The translations under genes and the position numbers were made by a program. 50,309 nucleotides of DNA from Octopus bimaculoides (Eukaryota): positions 8,372,624 through 8,422,932 of the forward strand of contig NC_068999.1 in NCBI RefSeq assembly GCF_001194135.2. Reading direction: 5' to 3'. This document shows, one piece after another, positions 1-12,324 of the stretch; positions within the stretch are counted from its first letter, which is position 1, and every line of letters starts with the position of its first letter. The notes beneath the pieces were generated by a model. That model had not been told where the DNA came from, made no database searches, and was given only the letters and a program-made list of their open reading frames with translations.

Positions 1-558
1 TGTGTTCCCCTCTTCTTTCCTCTTCCTCTTCTGTCTTTATTTCCTCCTCATCGTCTTGTTCTACATCTCTCTTCTCCCCACCCACCCCTCCTCGTCCTGA
101 TTGCAAAGCTGGTAGATTTTTTGTGTTGGGTAATTTGTTTTGTGCTTTCCTCCAAATCAATGATTAGATAACGAGATGGTCAGATAAATGAATATACATG
201 CACAGACAGACAGATAAATAGATTAACAGCCGAGACAAACTGATCAATATAGCCATGCCTACTTTTGTGTTTGTATCTGTGTGTATGCATGTGTGTGTGT
301 GTGTATGTATATCTGTATGTATGTGTGTGTTGTTGACATAAGAAGTTTTATTGACTTTCGAGAGAATGTGAGATAATTCTCTTTTGGAACTTTGGATCTC
401 GAAGCACATGTAAAGCTATATATAATAATAGCATGTTGAAAATTCCTTTTGGATAGAAAAAGTTGTAGGCTGTCCAGGGAACACAAACCCACTGTAGATA
501 TGACCCGTGGTGAAGAAGTATGTTTCACAGCCACACCACGCTTTCCACCTCTTCTCTC

Positions 559-593
<35 letters not shown>

Positions 594-613
594 GTATATA
601 TATATATATATAT

Positions 614-982
614 GTAAAATACACCATTTTGAGCATGGCTGTTACCAGTACCGCCTGACTGGCCTTCGTAGAATTTTCAAGCGAGATCGTTGCCAGTGCC
701 CCTGGACTGGCTCTTGTGCGGGTGGCACATAAAATACACCATTTTGAGCGTGGCCGTTGCCAGTACCGCCTGACTGGCCTTCGTGCGGGTGACACGTAAA
801 AGCACCCACTACACTCTCTGAGTGGTTGGCGTTAGGAAGGGCATCCAGCTGTAGAAACTCTGCCAAATCAGATTGGAGCCTGGTGTTGCCATCCGGTTTC
901 ACCAGTCCTCAGTCAAATCGTCCAACCCATGCTAGCATGGAAAGCGGACGTTAAATGACGATGATGATGATGATGATGATGA
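614..982 (+). mobile_element. Family A (RTE 3' UTR) copy with tandem hairpin units
   Basis: GGCGTTAGGAAGGGCATCCAGCTGTAGAAA...CCATGCTAGCATGGAAAGCGGACGTTAAA followed by (GAT)n; near-identical to 35389-35763. Confidence 0.85.
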
Positions 983-2119
983 TATATATATATTGTTGCT
1001 GCTTTCCTTCATTGGACATTACTTTCAAGAATTCCCTCACCTTCTTCACTTACCAATACAAAAAGCTGATCTTCTTTTATTCGTTTCCATTCCAAGTTCC
1101 CCCACTCCCCATCGTCACCTCTTTCTTTCCCTTCGCTGCACCCCGGCCACCCAGCTTCGTTGTGCTCCACCTTCATCGTTATCGTCATCTTCCAACTCAT
1201 TAAGTCTTAAAGCTGTTATTGTTTTCAACTGACAACTTAATGACCTCCTCCGCTAAACTCTTCAGGAAGTAACGGCCAATCGGGAGAAAGACAAAAATAA
1301 ACTAAAACATGAAATAAATAAAACATCTCTAGCAAAATTTCGTTAACCGTTTAAATTGTCTGTCGGGAACGATAAAAATTCGACTCCAACAAATATATAA
1401 CCAAAACTCTTGGACTTTTCATTATGTTATGTATGTATGCATTGTATGTATGTGTGTATGTAGACAACATACAAAGAAACTGCAGTGCTATTGCATGCAT
1501 TGTGTCTCAAGTAATTTATGGGTTCTTCCATTACCAACACAATAGAGATGCAACATAAGTATTAAGATCCAAGACTTACAGAGAGCTGATCTCAATTACG
1601 TAAAGAAAGGAAGTGGGCGGCAACCAAGAGACTGCTGTTGCTGGTGGTGGTTGAGGTTTAGCTGGAGCAGATGCTGGCAACAGTAAATGATGATGATGAT
1701 GGTGGTGGTTGTGGTGATGATGATGATGATGCCAACAGTGGTTTTGATGGCAATGTTAATCATTGTGGTGATGGCAGCACCGATGTTGGTGAAGTTATGG
1801 CTCTCCGTCAGTTTCCACAATGAACGGTCAGTTACAGTGTTTCGGTCAACAGAAATACTCTCTCTCTCTTTGAATTAAAACTGGAAACGGTCGAGTATTC
1901 CACTGACACATGTATTCTATTCTGATAGTAATTCTGAGGCAGAATCAGCACGGAGAAGTATAATCCCTTCTACTATAGGCACAAGGCCTGAAATTTTATG
2001 GGGAGCGGGTGTACTCAAATGCGTTGACCCCAGTGCTCAACTGGTACTTATTTCAGCGACCCCAAAAGGATGAAAGACAAAGTCAACCTCAATGGTATTT
2101 GGACTTGGAACATAAATCC

Positions 2120-2243
2120 ACTCCCAAGATTTTGGTTGGCCCGAGGCTATAGTAGAAGAGACTTGCCTAAGGTGCCACGCAGTGGGACTGAACCTGGAAC
2201 CATGTGGTTGGTAAGCAAGCTACTTACCACACAGCCACTCCTG
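2120..2243 (-). mobile_element. Family B SINE head
   Basis: CCGAGGCTATAGTAGAAGAGACTTGCCTAAGGTGCCACGCAGTGGGACTGAACC. Confidence 0.8.
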
Positions 2244-2250
2244 CAATGTT

Positions 2251-2430
2251 ATCATCATCATTTAGTGTCTGCTTTCCGTGCTGGCATGGGTTGGACGGTT
2301 TCACTGGAACTGGGCTGCAACAGGTTCCAATCTGATTTGGCATGCTTTCTATGCCTGGACACCCTTCCTAGCACCAACCACTCCATGAGTGTAATGGGTG
2401 CTTTTTATGTGCCACCAGCACAGGTGCTAA
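2251..2430 (-). mobile_element. Family A copy, diverged
   Basis: Reverse complement of the family A 3' block. Confidence 0.75.
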
Positions 2431-3019
2431 TGGCAGAAACAGGAAATTGGAAATATTTTGGTACTATTTATTCACCATATTTCATTTCCTAATGGGAATT
2501 ACAAGGTTTTACAAGTTAGATAGACATGCAAGGAATTTCCTGTTTGAAATTCTTCTGACAGACCAATTAAATAATTCATTATGTTAATACGATGGTGATG
2601 GTACCAGCTTCCAAATTTGATGGAGAGCTTGGAGTCAGCTTGATATGGTCTACCATTTTATCACCATCATCTGGAATTAATCTTCTTTTCACTGGATTAA
2701 TAGAAATCAAACTCTGCCTTTTTCATTCTTTGAGTTTCAAAATAATAAAAGATGAAAAAAAAAAGCTAAGTTAATCCTACCCTGAGATTAAAAGTGGACA
2801 TTAAAACAATGACAATGTTTATGACTGCAGTTTCTAGCAAGTCAAGCTACAATATAGAGACCCTTACATTAACTCAGTGATTCAGTTTTGGTTGGTTTTT
2901 TTTTACACCAGTGTCACATAACCAGCCTACCCAAAAGTACCTTAGATAATAGGATGACATGCAGTGCTTGAGAACTGTTGAGTCAAGTACATCAAAATCA
3001 AATGGAAATTGTAGTTGTG

Positions 3020-3535
3020 ATCCCTGTGTCAATGGCATGTAAAAAGCACCATCCAAACGTGGCCGATGCCAGCGGTGCCTTGACTGGCTTCTGTGCCAGT
3101 GGCACGTAAAAAGCACCCACTACACTCACGGAGTGGTTGGCATTAGGAAGGGCATCCAGCTGTAGAAACATCGTCAGATCAGACTGGTGCCTGGTGCAGT
3201 CTCCTGGCTTCCCAGACCTCAGTCGAACCTTTTGTATTTTTTTTTTTTTTTGCCCACAGGGGGCTAAACATAGAGTGGACAAACAAGGGATTAAGTCGAT
3301 TATATCGACCCCAGGGCGTAACTGGTACTTATTTAATTGACCCTGAAAGGATGAAAGGCAAAGTCAACCTCGGCGGAATTTGAACTCAGAACGTAACGGC
3401 AGACGAAATACCGCTAAGCATTTCGCCCGGCGTGCTAACGATTCTGCCAGTTCGCCCCTCTTAAGACCTCAGTCGAACCATCCAACCCATGCCAGCATAG
3501 AAAACGGACGTTAAACCATGATGATGATGACATGG
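3020..3535 (+). mobile_element. Family A copy interrupted by a family C SINE at 3230-3463
   Basis: Family A sequence resumes after the insert; 16-bp duplication AGACCTCAGTCGAACC at 3214-3229 and 3464-3479. Confidence 0.85.
3230..3463 (-). mobile_element. Family C tRNA-derived SINE, full length, tail variant 2, with 16-bp TSD
   Basis: Head GGCGAACTGGCAGAATCGTTAGCACG...GTTCAAATTCCGCC, body GAGGTTGACTTTGCCTTTCATCC, A-rich tail. Confidence 0.88.
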
Positions 3536-3896
3536 ATTTCCATTACATTGGATAACAAATCATTTTTTTTAATATGTCCCATTTACAAAATATTCATACA
3601 CACTAACACACACACACGTTTACAATGCATGTATGTATACACACATATATACACACATAAGCATTTTATAGACCGTTTTGTCTTTATTGGCAAATGCCGA
3701 CGCTAAGCTTTCTCTCTCCATGCTGAAACCAATTAAATTCTCTCTCTTTCTTTTTCTCTTTATCACCCTGTCTGTCTCTTTCTCCCTTTCTTTCTCTCTA
3801 TCTCTCACTGTCTTTATCGCTCTATCTATCTCTGTCTTGTTCTCTCTTTTTCATTCTCTCTCTCTCTCTCTCTTTCTTGTTCTTTCTCTATCTCTA

Positions 3897-3940
<44 letters not shown>

Positions 3941-4444
3941 GTTCTTTCTCTCTCGTTCTCTGTAGCGCTCTGTCTGTCTGTATCTCTCACTCTCTCTCTT
4001 GCTTTCTCTCTCTCTCAGAAACAAGAAAAGGGGGAAAACATGATTATGCAAATTTTTGCCAATATTGGAAACAAAAATAAAAGCATGAAAAGACAAGGGC
4101 TTATATGCTGTATTCAATGATGTGTCGATGTTGTATACAAGTGCAAGTGTGTGCACATGCGTGTGCGAGATGCAAAGAGGTTGTGATTTTTCTGTGTGGC
4201 GAAGAGAGATCTATAAACAGTTATTGATGGTGGTGGTGGTAGCAGTGGTGGTGGTGGTGGTGGTGGTGAAGGAGATGCTGTAATGTTCGTATTGAACAAA
4301 ACACTTTACTCTAAAGCCCTTTAATTTCGGTCCGTGAGACAAATGCAGACCTCCTCACCCTTCCCTCCTCAAGTCTTCCACCGCCAACACGTCTACCTCC
4401 TCCTCCTCTTCCTCCTCCTTTCTATTTGTTTTTGTGTTTTTATT

Positions 4445-4525
4445 ATATATATATATATATATTGAGATACTGAACAGGAGAACAATTTTCAGTTTGGAAA
4501 TACATGCAGTTATATACACATGTTC

Positions 4526-4573
<48 letters not shown>

Positions 4574-4687
4574 GCGTATATATGTGTATATAGATATATG
4601 CGTATATATATGTATATATACATATATGCGTATATATATGTATATATACATATATGCGTGTATATATATATGTATATATACATATGC

Positions 4688-4781
<94 letters not shown>

Positions 4782-4853
4782 TTATGCGTGTTTATATATG
4801 TATAAATACATTTATGCAAATATATATATGTATATATACATATATACACATAC

Positions 4854-4905
<52 letters not shown>

Positions 4906-4996
4906 NNNNNNNNNNNNNNNNNNNNNNNNNNNNNNNNNNNNNNNNNNNNNNNNNNNNNNNNNNNNNNNNNNNGTATATATACATATATACACATAC

Positions 4997-5045
<49 letters not shown>

Positions 5046-5261
5046 CATCATATATATATATATACATATACATCATATATATATATATAAACATTATATA
5101 TATATATATATACACATACACACACATACATTTACACATACATATGCACACACAGATACCTTGTGTTCCTTATGTCTGGTAGGTTTTTGAATATAAAACA
5201 TTTGTTGAAAATATTTTTTTTCTTGTGAGGTACACTGTATATTCACACAACTCGCTCTCTT

Positions 5262-5314
<53 letters not shown>
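4445..5314. repeat. (TA)n/(CA)n/(CT)n microsatellite block
   Basis: Direct inspection. Many similar blocks occur elsewhere, e.g. 3700-4010, 12940-13790, 14400-14860, 15720-16370, 25130-25640, 28100-30600, 39220-39500. Confidence 0.95.
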
Positions 5315-6049
5315 NNNNNNNNNNNNNNNNNNNNNNNNNNNNNNNNNNNNNNNNNNNNNNNNNNNNNNNNNNNNNNNNNNNNNNNNNNNNNNNNNNNNNN
5401 NNNNNNNNNNNNNNNNNNNNNNNNNNNNNNNNNNNNNNNNNNNNNNNNNNNNNNNNNNNNNNNNNNNNNNNNNNNNNNNNNNNNNNNNNNNNNNNNNNNN
5501 NNNNNNNNNNNNNNNNNNNNNNNNNNNNNNNNNNNNNNNNNNNNNNNNNNNNNNNNNNNNNNNNNNNNNNNNNNNNNNNNNNNNNNNNNNNNNNNNNNNN
5601 NNNNNNNNNNNNNNNNNNNNNNNNNNNNNNNNNNNNNNNNNNNNNNNNNNNNNNNNNNNNNNNNNNNNNNNNNNNNNNNNNNNNNNNNNNNNNNNNNNNN
5701 NNNNNNNNNNNNNNNNNNNNNNNNNNNNNNNNNNNNNNNNNNNNNNNNNNNNNNNNNNNNNNNNNNNNNNNNNNNNNNNNNNNNNNNNNNNNNNNNNNNN
5801 NNNNNNNNNNNNNNNNNNNNNNNNNNNNNNNNNNNNNNNNNNNNNNNNNNNNNNNNNNNNNNNNNNNNNNNNNNNNNNNNNNNNNNNNNNNNNNNNNNNN
5901 NNNNNNNNNNNNNNNNNNNNNNNNNNNNNNNNNNNNNNNNNNNNNNNNNNNNNNNNNNNNNNNNNNNNNNNNNNNNNNNNNNNNNNNNNNNNNNNNNNNN
6001 NNNNNNNNNNNNNNNNNNNNNNNNNNNNNNNNNNNNNNNNNNNNNNNNN

Positions 6050-6050
<1 letters not shown>

Positions 6051-6090
<40 letters not shown>

Positions 6091-6250
6091 TTGTGTGTCT
6101 GTGTTTGCCCCCCCCCCACATAGTTTGACAACCGATGCTGATGTGTTTACGTCCCCGTAACTTAGCCGTTCGACAAAAGAGACCGATAGAATAAGTACTA
6201 GGCTTACAAAGAATAAGTCCAGGGGTCAATTTCTGCGACTTAAAACCCTT
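6051..6250 (+). mobile_element. Family B SINE 3' half after gap
   Basis: GACAACCGATGCTGATGTGTTTACGTCCCCGTAACTTAG...GATAGAATAAGTACTAGGCT. Confidence 0.8.
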
Positions 6251-6948
6251 TAAGGTGGTGCTTGTTTGTCAAATACCCTAAGCATTTCGTCCAGCATGCT
6301 AACGATTCTGCCAGCTCGCTGCCAGCTTCTGTACAGTTTCTACGTACCAAATTCATTCACAAGGCATTGGCCAGTCTGGGATTCTTGTAGAAGGCAATTG
6401 CCTGATTGCCCGAGATGCCACATGGGTTGCAAAGTGACCTTCTGAACCCCATCCCCATCCCTGCACTTGGTTCGGTGTTGTTGTTGTTGTTATTGTTGTT
6501 GTCATATTGTTGTCATTGTTATCTGCAGTGTCTACTGCTGTTTGTCTGTTGTGTGTTGGGGGAGAGGGGGGGAGACATGATGTCATCAAAACAGAATAGT
6601 AGAAATTGTGTTATGGCTTCCAATTACTACACTCAGATAATTAATTTTTACTAATTGCAAAATTTGCCAGCTGTGCTAATCACATTAAAAACAATACTGC
6701 TAATGGCTATGACTTTTGGCATTTCATTTTGCTGATAATAATGATGATGATGAGGATGATGATGATAATGTTGAAAACGAAGATGATGATGATGATAATT
6801 AGTAAAGAGAAGCAAAATAATATCGCTTGTTGTCGTTTGGCCTGTGATGTTGTAGTGATGTTCATGCCTTTCCTACACATATCAGTGTGAGAGAAATGAG
6901 GCAATGGCCGTGGCTGTTTGGAGCTGCTGATAATTTGGCACGGGGGAG

Positions 6949-6996
<48 letters not shown>

Positions 6997-7494
6997 TATT
7001 CACAGAAATATACAGATCAAAAGTGAGTGTAAGAGAGAGAGAGGGAGAAAATGAAAGAACATTAGACTATGAGAGGCATTAAAATGTCTGATATCAAATA
7101 AGTCAATGGAGTTTTATATTGTCTGGTTGTTTAGAAAATTGTTGCAACTGTCCAAAACGTTGGATATTCCACTCCCATGGCAATTTCACTTTCCGTCATT
7201 TTTCCTATATTGGTCAAATGAGGTAGACATCTGTAATGAGACCCCAGTTAAGAGTCGAAAATCGGTTAAGGCCAATCATTTTTTGGGGGTTAAATTTTGT
7301 GCTGATGACTGAACAATAACTCCTGAAATATGTATATACACCTATCTGATGCCAGTGCCCCAGCATGACTATAGCTCTTAAGCTGAAACTCTTAAAGAAA
7401 AAATATGTATATATGCCTGAGAGAGAGAGCAAGAGAGTGTGTGTGTGTGTGTGTATTTGTGTCTCCCTGTTTTGGCCTTATGTCATAGTTATTA

Positions 7495-7660
7495 AGGCGG
7501 TGAGCTAGCAAAATCATTAAGCATGCTGGACGAAATGCTTGTGGTATTTCGCCCGTACTACATTTTGAGTTCAAATTCCACTAGGTTCAACTTTGCCTTT
7601 CATCCTTTCAGGGTCAGTAAATTAAGTACCAGTGAAGCACTGGGGTCGATGTAATTGACT
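7495..7660 (+). mobile_element. Family C SINE
   Basis: GGCGGTGAGCTAGCAAAATC...GAGTTCAAATTCC...TTAAGTACCAGTGAAGCACTGGGGTCGATGTAAT. Confidence 0.8.
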
Positions 7661-7664
7661 TATT

Positions 7665-7937
7665 GCTAAGTTACAGGGATGCAACAGTGCCAACACTGGT
7701 TGTCAAGCAGTGGTGGAGGGACAAACACAGACACAAAGACATGCATACTCATAGATATATACATACATATATATATATACATACAATTGTTTCTTACAGT
7801 TTCCATCTCCCAAATTCACTCGTAAGACTTTGGTCGGCCTGAGTCTATAGTAGAAGGCACTTGATCAAGGTGTCACGTAGTGTGACAGAACCTGGAACCA
7901 TGTGAGTGAGAAGCAAGCTTCTTACCACACAGTCACA
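7665..7937 (-). mobile_element. Family B SINE, 3' truncated
   Basis: Head, central (TA)n and part of the 3' half. Confidence 0.8.
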
Positions 7938-8023
7938 CATTTGTTGATGTATGTCTTTTGCGGGGGTTTTTTGACGTTTTTACTATTTGTTTATTTATGT
8001 TTTTCTCTGTTCATATTTTCCAG

Positions 8024-8108
8024 AACAACGACAAGAAACATCGAACATCAGTATTTGCTTTCATCGTGACGGAACTGCTAGAAGAATGGGAAGAGAAAAA
8101 GAACCTTG
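8024..8108 (+). CDS. Probable internal coding exon (85 nt) of an unidentified multi-exon gene; frame NNDKKHRTSVFAFIVTELLEEWEEKKNL
   Basis: Long T-rich polypyrimidine tract ending TTTTCCAG| and a perfect donor G|GTAAGT. Non-repetitive composition, open in two frames. Protein not recognised. Confidence 0.5.
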
Positions 8109-8650
8109 GTAAGTTGGCATCAGGTTTGACCTGTTCATTCAGTCTTGTACTGACCAACCATTCTTCTTTTACTTATTCCATTCTATTGTGAACCTGTCAC
8201 ATAATTTGTGGTCAATTCTTGGCACTAAGCATGCTAATGAAACTCATACAAGATGCTTCTTGGGGCAGGATACCCCATACTGGTCATCTTCACCATTTCT
8301 TTCAGATTATTGCTACACCTTCCACCCCACAAACACATAGGGAATTTTGAGCTCAGTAAGCCATGTTCTTGGAAAATTTGACCAATGTGAATCCGGCATC
8401 AATATTTGACCAGGTTTTGATGCAGTCTGCTGATTAAACTACTCAAAGACCCTTCAATCAAAGCTGTCCCAATTATGACTATTCTCTGGTGTGGGTGTGT
8501 TTATCATTGTAACTTAGTAGTCCAGCAAAAGAAACTGATAGAATTCCAGGCTTAAAAAAAAAAAGTACTGGGATCAATTCATTTGATTAAAAATTCTTTT
8601 GCTGTACTACTAAGTTAGAAGGATAAACACACCCATACCAGTTGTCAGAG

Positions 8651-8684
<34 letters not shown>

Positions 8685-9089
8685 TTATTTATTTATATAC
8701 ATGCCAGATTTACCCCTCAATAAATTACATGCCACAATGCCTATGTGTGTGTGTGTGTGCGTGTGTGTGTGCGCGCACGCGCAAGTGCCTGTATCATGTC
8801 CTGTGTGTGTGTGTTTTATATACTCATGGGTATAGCCATTGATTTTCATGTTGATCCCTCCTGGGTCTAAGATTCTTGTATTCTTCCGTTTCCTCTTGCA
8901 ATTATTGTTTTTACACTTGAGAGAATATTCTTGAATCCTGGACAGTTTCGTTTTTAGATGTTATTAGATTAGATTCCATTCCAGCCAAATTCTCTGCCAG
9001 TAGACACTGCGATGGCTCGAAATGTTCACGGATCCGTAACATGTCACGCATGACGGGTTTTTGAATTATAGCCCACAGTTGTCTAGACT

Positions 9090-9792
9090 TGTTGTTGTTG
9101 TTGTTGTTGGGTTTACGACAGTTGTTGTTGTTGCTGTGGTTGTTACCGTCACTGCAACAACTTGCTGTTGTGACTCCTGCAGTTACTTGTTGATGATGCA
9201 GTTGCTGTTACCGTTGCTGCTGCAATTGCTGTTGATGATACAGTTACTGCTGCAGCCACTGTTTCTGTTACTGTTGCTGCTGCAGCTACTGTTGTTGCTG
9301 CAGTTACTGCTGCTGCTGTTACCGTTACTGCTGCAGCTACTGCTGCTGCTGCAGTTACTGTTGCTGCTGCAGTTACTGTTTCTGTTACTGTTGCTGCTGC
9401 TGATACTGTTGTTGCTGCATTTACTGTTGCAGCTACTGCTGTTGTTGCTACTGTTACTGTTGCAGCTGCAGTTACTGTTGATGCAGCTACTGTTCTTCAT
9501 ACAGTTATGCAGTTTCTGTTGATGCTGCAGTTATGTTGCTGTTGTTGATGCAGTTACTGTTGCAGCTGCAGTTATTGTTGCTCCTGCAGTTGTAGGTGTA
9601 ATTGTTGTTGCTGCAGTGGAAGTTGTCACGACTGCTGCAGTCACGGGTGCAGTTATTGCAGCAGTTGTGACTGCTACAGATGCTGTTGTTACCGCTGCAG
9701 TTATTGTTGCACATGCCAATGTCACTGCTGCTGCATTTATTGCAGTTATTTGCTGCAGCAACAGTATTCACCCTAACTGGCACTGCAGCAGC

Positions 9793-9824
<32 letters not shown>

Positions 9825-9845
9825 CAGCTGTTGTTGTTGTTGTTA
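9090..9845. repeat. Complex triplet-based minisatellite (GTTACTGTTGCTGCTGCA-like units)
   Basis: The CTGCAG motif recurs about every 18-30 nt in 3-nt register. Confidence 0.85.
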
Positions 9846-10167
9846 CAAGCATTCTATCAAATCAATGACTTAGACAAGATATTGATTTCTTGAAAGAAAG
9901 ACTGCAAACATTAAGGTCTGTCCGATTGCCTCTCAAAGACAGGAAGTGTCTGACATTTTTTGGCAGTGACCTCAAGCAAAGATGCAATGAAACTCTTCAC
10001 AGGGATTTTTGTCTTCAGAGAATGAAGGCTTCAACTGAAATGTTACCTCTTATTTTCTCTATTCTCGGTTCAAATCCTGCTTGGGGTGGCTGTGTTTCCT
10101 TTTTGAATTTCTATTTTGTTTCTTCTGAGTTCCATCAAGTACCAGATACATGTTGGGGTTTGTTGAA

Positions 10168-10330
10168 TCACCTACACTCTCAGAGTGGTTGGCGTTAGGA
10201 AGGGCATCCAGCTATAGAAACTCTGCTAAATCAGATTGGAGCCTGGTGTAGCCATCCAGTTCACCAGTCCTCAGTCAAATCGTCCAACCCATGCTAGCAT
10301 GGAAAGCGGACGTTAAATGATGATGATGGT
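10168..10330 (+). mobile_element. Family A 3' fragment
   Basis: Matches 810-960 almost exactly. Confidence 0.85.
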
Positions 10331-10368
10331 GTGTATATGTGTGTGTGTATATATATGTGTATGTATAT

Positions 10369-10709
10369 ACAGTGGTTAGGGCAGTGGACTCGCGGTCTTA
10401 GGATCGCGGTTTCGATTCCCAGACCGGGTGTTGTGAGTGTTTATTGAGCGAAAACACCTAAAGCTCCACGAGGCTCCAGCAGGGGGTGGTAGCGAACCCT
10501 GCTATACTCTTTCACCACAACTTTCTCTCACTCTTTCTTCCTGTTTCTGTTGTGCCTGTATTTCAAAGGGCCAGCCTGTCATGCTGAATCTTCCCCAAGA
10601 ACTACGTTAAGGGTACACGTGTCTGTGGAGTACTCAGCCACTTGCATGTTAATTTCAGGAGCAGGCTGTTCTGTTGATCGGATCAGCTGGAGCCCTCGTC
10701 GTCGTAACC
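10369..10709 (+). mobile_element. Family D tRNA-headed SINE (runs into gap)
   Basis: CAGTGGTTAGGGCAGTGGACTCGCGG...TTCGATTCCC head; the 3' part matches the reverse complement of 50120-50309. Confidence 0.8.
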
Positions 10710-11984
10710 NNNNNNNNNNNNNNNNNNNNNNNNNNNNNNNNNNNNNNNNNNNNNNNNNNNNNNNNNNNNNNNNNNNNNNNNNNNNNNNNNNNNNNNNNNN
10801 NNNNNNNNNNNNNNNNNNNNNNNNNNNNNNNNNNNNNNNNNNNNNNNNNNNNNNNNNNNNNNNNNNNNNNNNNNNNNNNNNNNNNNNNNNNNNNNNNNNN
10901 NNNNNNNNNNNNNNNNNNNNNNNNNNNNNNNNNNNNNNNNNNNNNNNNNNNNNNNNNNNNNNNNNNNNNNNNNNNNNNNNNNNNNNNNNNNNNNNNNNNN
11001 NNNNNNNNNNNNNNNNNNNNNNNNNNNNNNNNNNNNNNNNNNNNNNNNNNNNNNNNNNNNNNNNNNNNNNNNNNNNNNNNNNNNNNNNNNNNNNNNNNNN
11101 NNNNNNNNNNNNNNNNNNNNNNNNNNNNNNNNNNNNNNNNNNNNNNNNNNNNNNNNNNNNNNNNNNNNNNNNNNNNNNNNNNNNNNNNNNNNNNNNNNNN
11201 NNNNNNNNNNNNNNNNNNNNNNNNNNNNNNNNNNNNNNNNNNNNNNNNNNNNNNNNNNNNNNNNNNNNNNNNNNNNNNNNNNNNNNNNNNNNNNNNNNNN
11301 NNNNNNNNNNNNNNNNNNNNNNNNNNNNNNNNNNNNNNNNNNNNNNNNNNNNNNNNNNNNNNNNNNNNNNNNNNNNNNNNNNNNNNNNNNNNNNNNNNNN
11401 NNNNNNNNNNNNNNNNNNNNNNNNNNNNNNNNNNNNNNNNNNNNNNNNNNNNNNNNNNNNNNNNNNNNNNNNNNNNNNNNNNNNNNNNNNNNNNNNNNNN
11501 NNNNNNNNNNNNNNNNNNNNNNNNNNNNNNNNNNNNNNNNNNNNNNNNNNNNNNNNNNNNNNNNNNNNNNNNNNNNNNNNNNNNNNNNNNNNNNNNNNNN
11601 NNNNNNNNNNNNNNNNNNNNNNNNNNNNNNNNNNNNNNNNNNNNNNNNNNNNNNNNNNNNNNNNNNNNNNNNNNNNNNNTGATTCTTTCTGTATTTCATT
11701 CTATTCCTCGAAAATGGTCTGGGGTTTCCAGTTTTCATTCTTCGTTGCATAATTTCGTATTTAAAATTTCTTTTTCTTTTTTATTTATGTTATCTTTTGA
11801 CGTGATGTAATTGGTGGCATCTGTTTCTTTCTTTTTAATGTTTTTGTCCCAAACAGGGCTCGAGGCCAGTGTAATGGAAAAGGACTACAAAAAAGGGGTT
11901 TATAAATTCAAAAGATGTTGATCAAGAGAAACCTTAATCCCCCCTCCCCACTTCCCGCTTTTTTCTTTTTTCTTTTATTTTACT

Positions 11985-12155
11985 TGTTTCAGTCATTTGA
12001 CTGCGGTCATACTGGAGCACTGCCTTGAAGGGTTTTAATCAAACAAATCACGGCCCGAGGTCATAGTAGAAGACACTTGCTCAAAATGCCACAGAGTGTG
12101 ACTGAACCTGGAACCATGTGATTGGGAAGCAGGCTTCTTACCACACAGTCATGTC
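11985..12155 (-). mobile_element. Family B SINE with internal deletion (head joined to tail)
   Basis: Tail CAGTCATTTGACTGCGGTC lies directly next to head CCGAGGTCATAGTAGAAGACACTTG. Confidence 0.75.
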
Positions 12156-12324
12156 TGTGTATTTTGTTACCATATTCCTGTTAACGTATGCTGTCTTTCT
12201 ATCAATTCGTTTTTAAAATAATGGAGAACTTAGTGAATTAACCTTCTCATTAATTAAGCTGAGTCTGGAACAAATTAGCAAACGAGCTTTGATAGAAGAT
12301 TATAATCTGCCTTTATCCTTTATC

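Noticed and set aside
614-800. CRISPR-like repeat-spacer appearance
   Set aside because: Spacers are themselves repeated, the unit lies within a retroposon 3' UTR, the context is eukaryotic and no cas genes are present.
4355-6229. Long ORFs of YI/HT/RE/X residues
   Set aside because: Translations of dinucleotide microsatellites and N gaps; the same applies to ORFs at 10550-11810, 22242-26170, 28100-30967, 41512-42120 and 45055-45531.
7231-7265. CTGTAATGA-GAC..GTC-GAAA hammerhead-like motif
   Set aside because: The core deviates by two nucleotides, and no stem I or cleavage triplet could be assigned.
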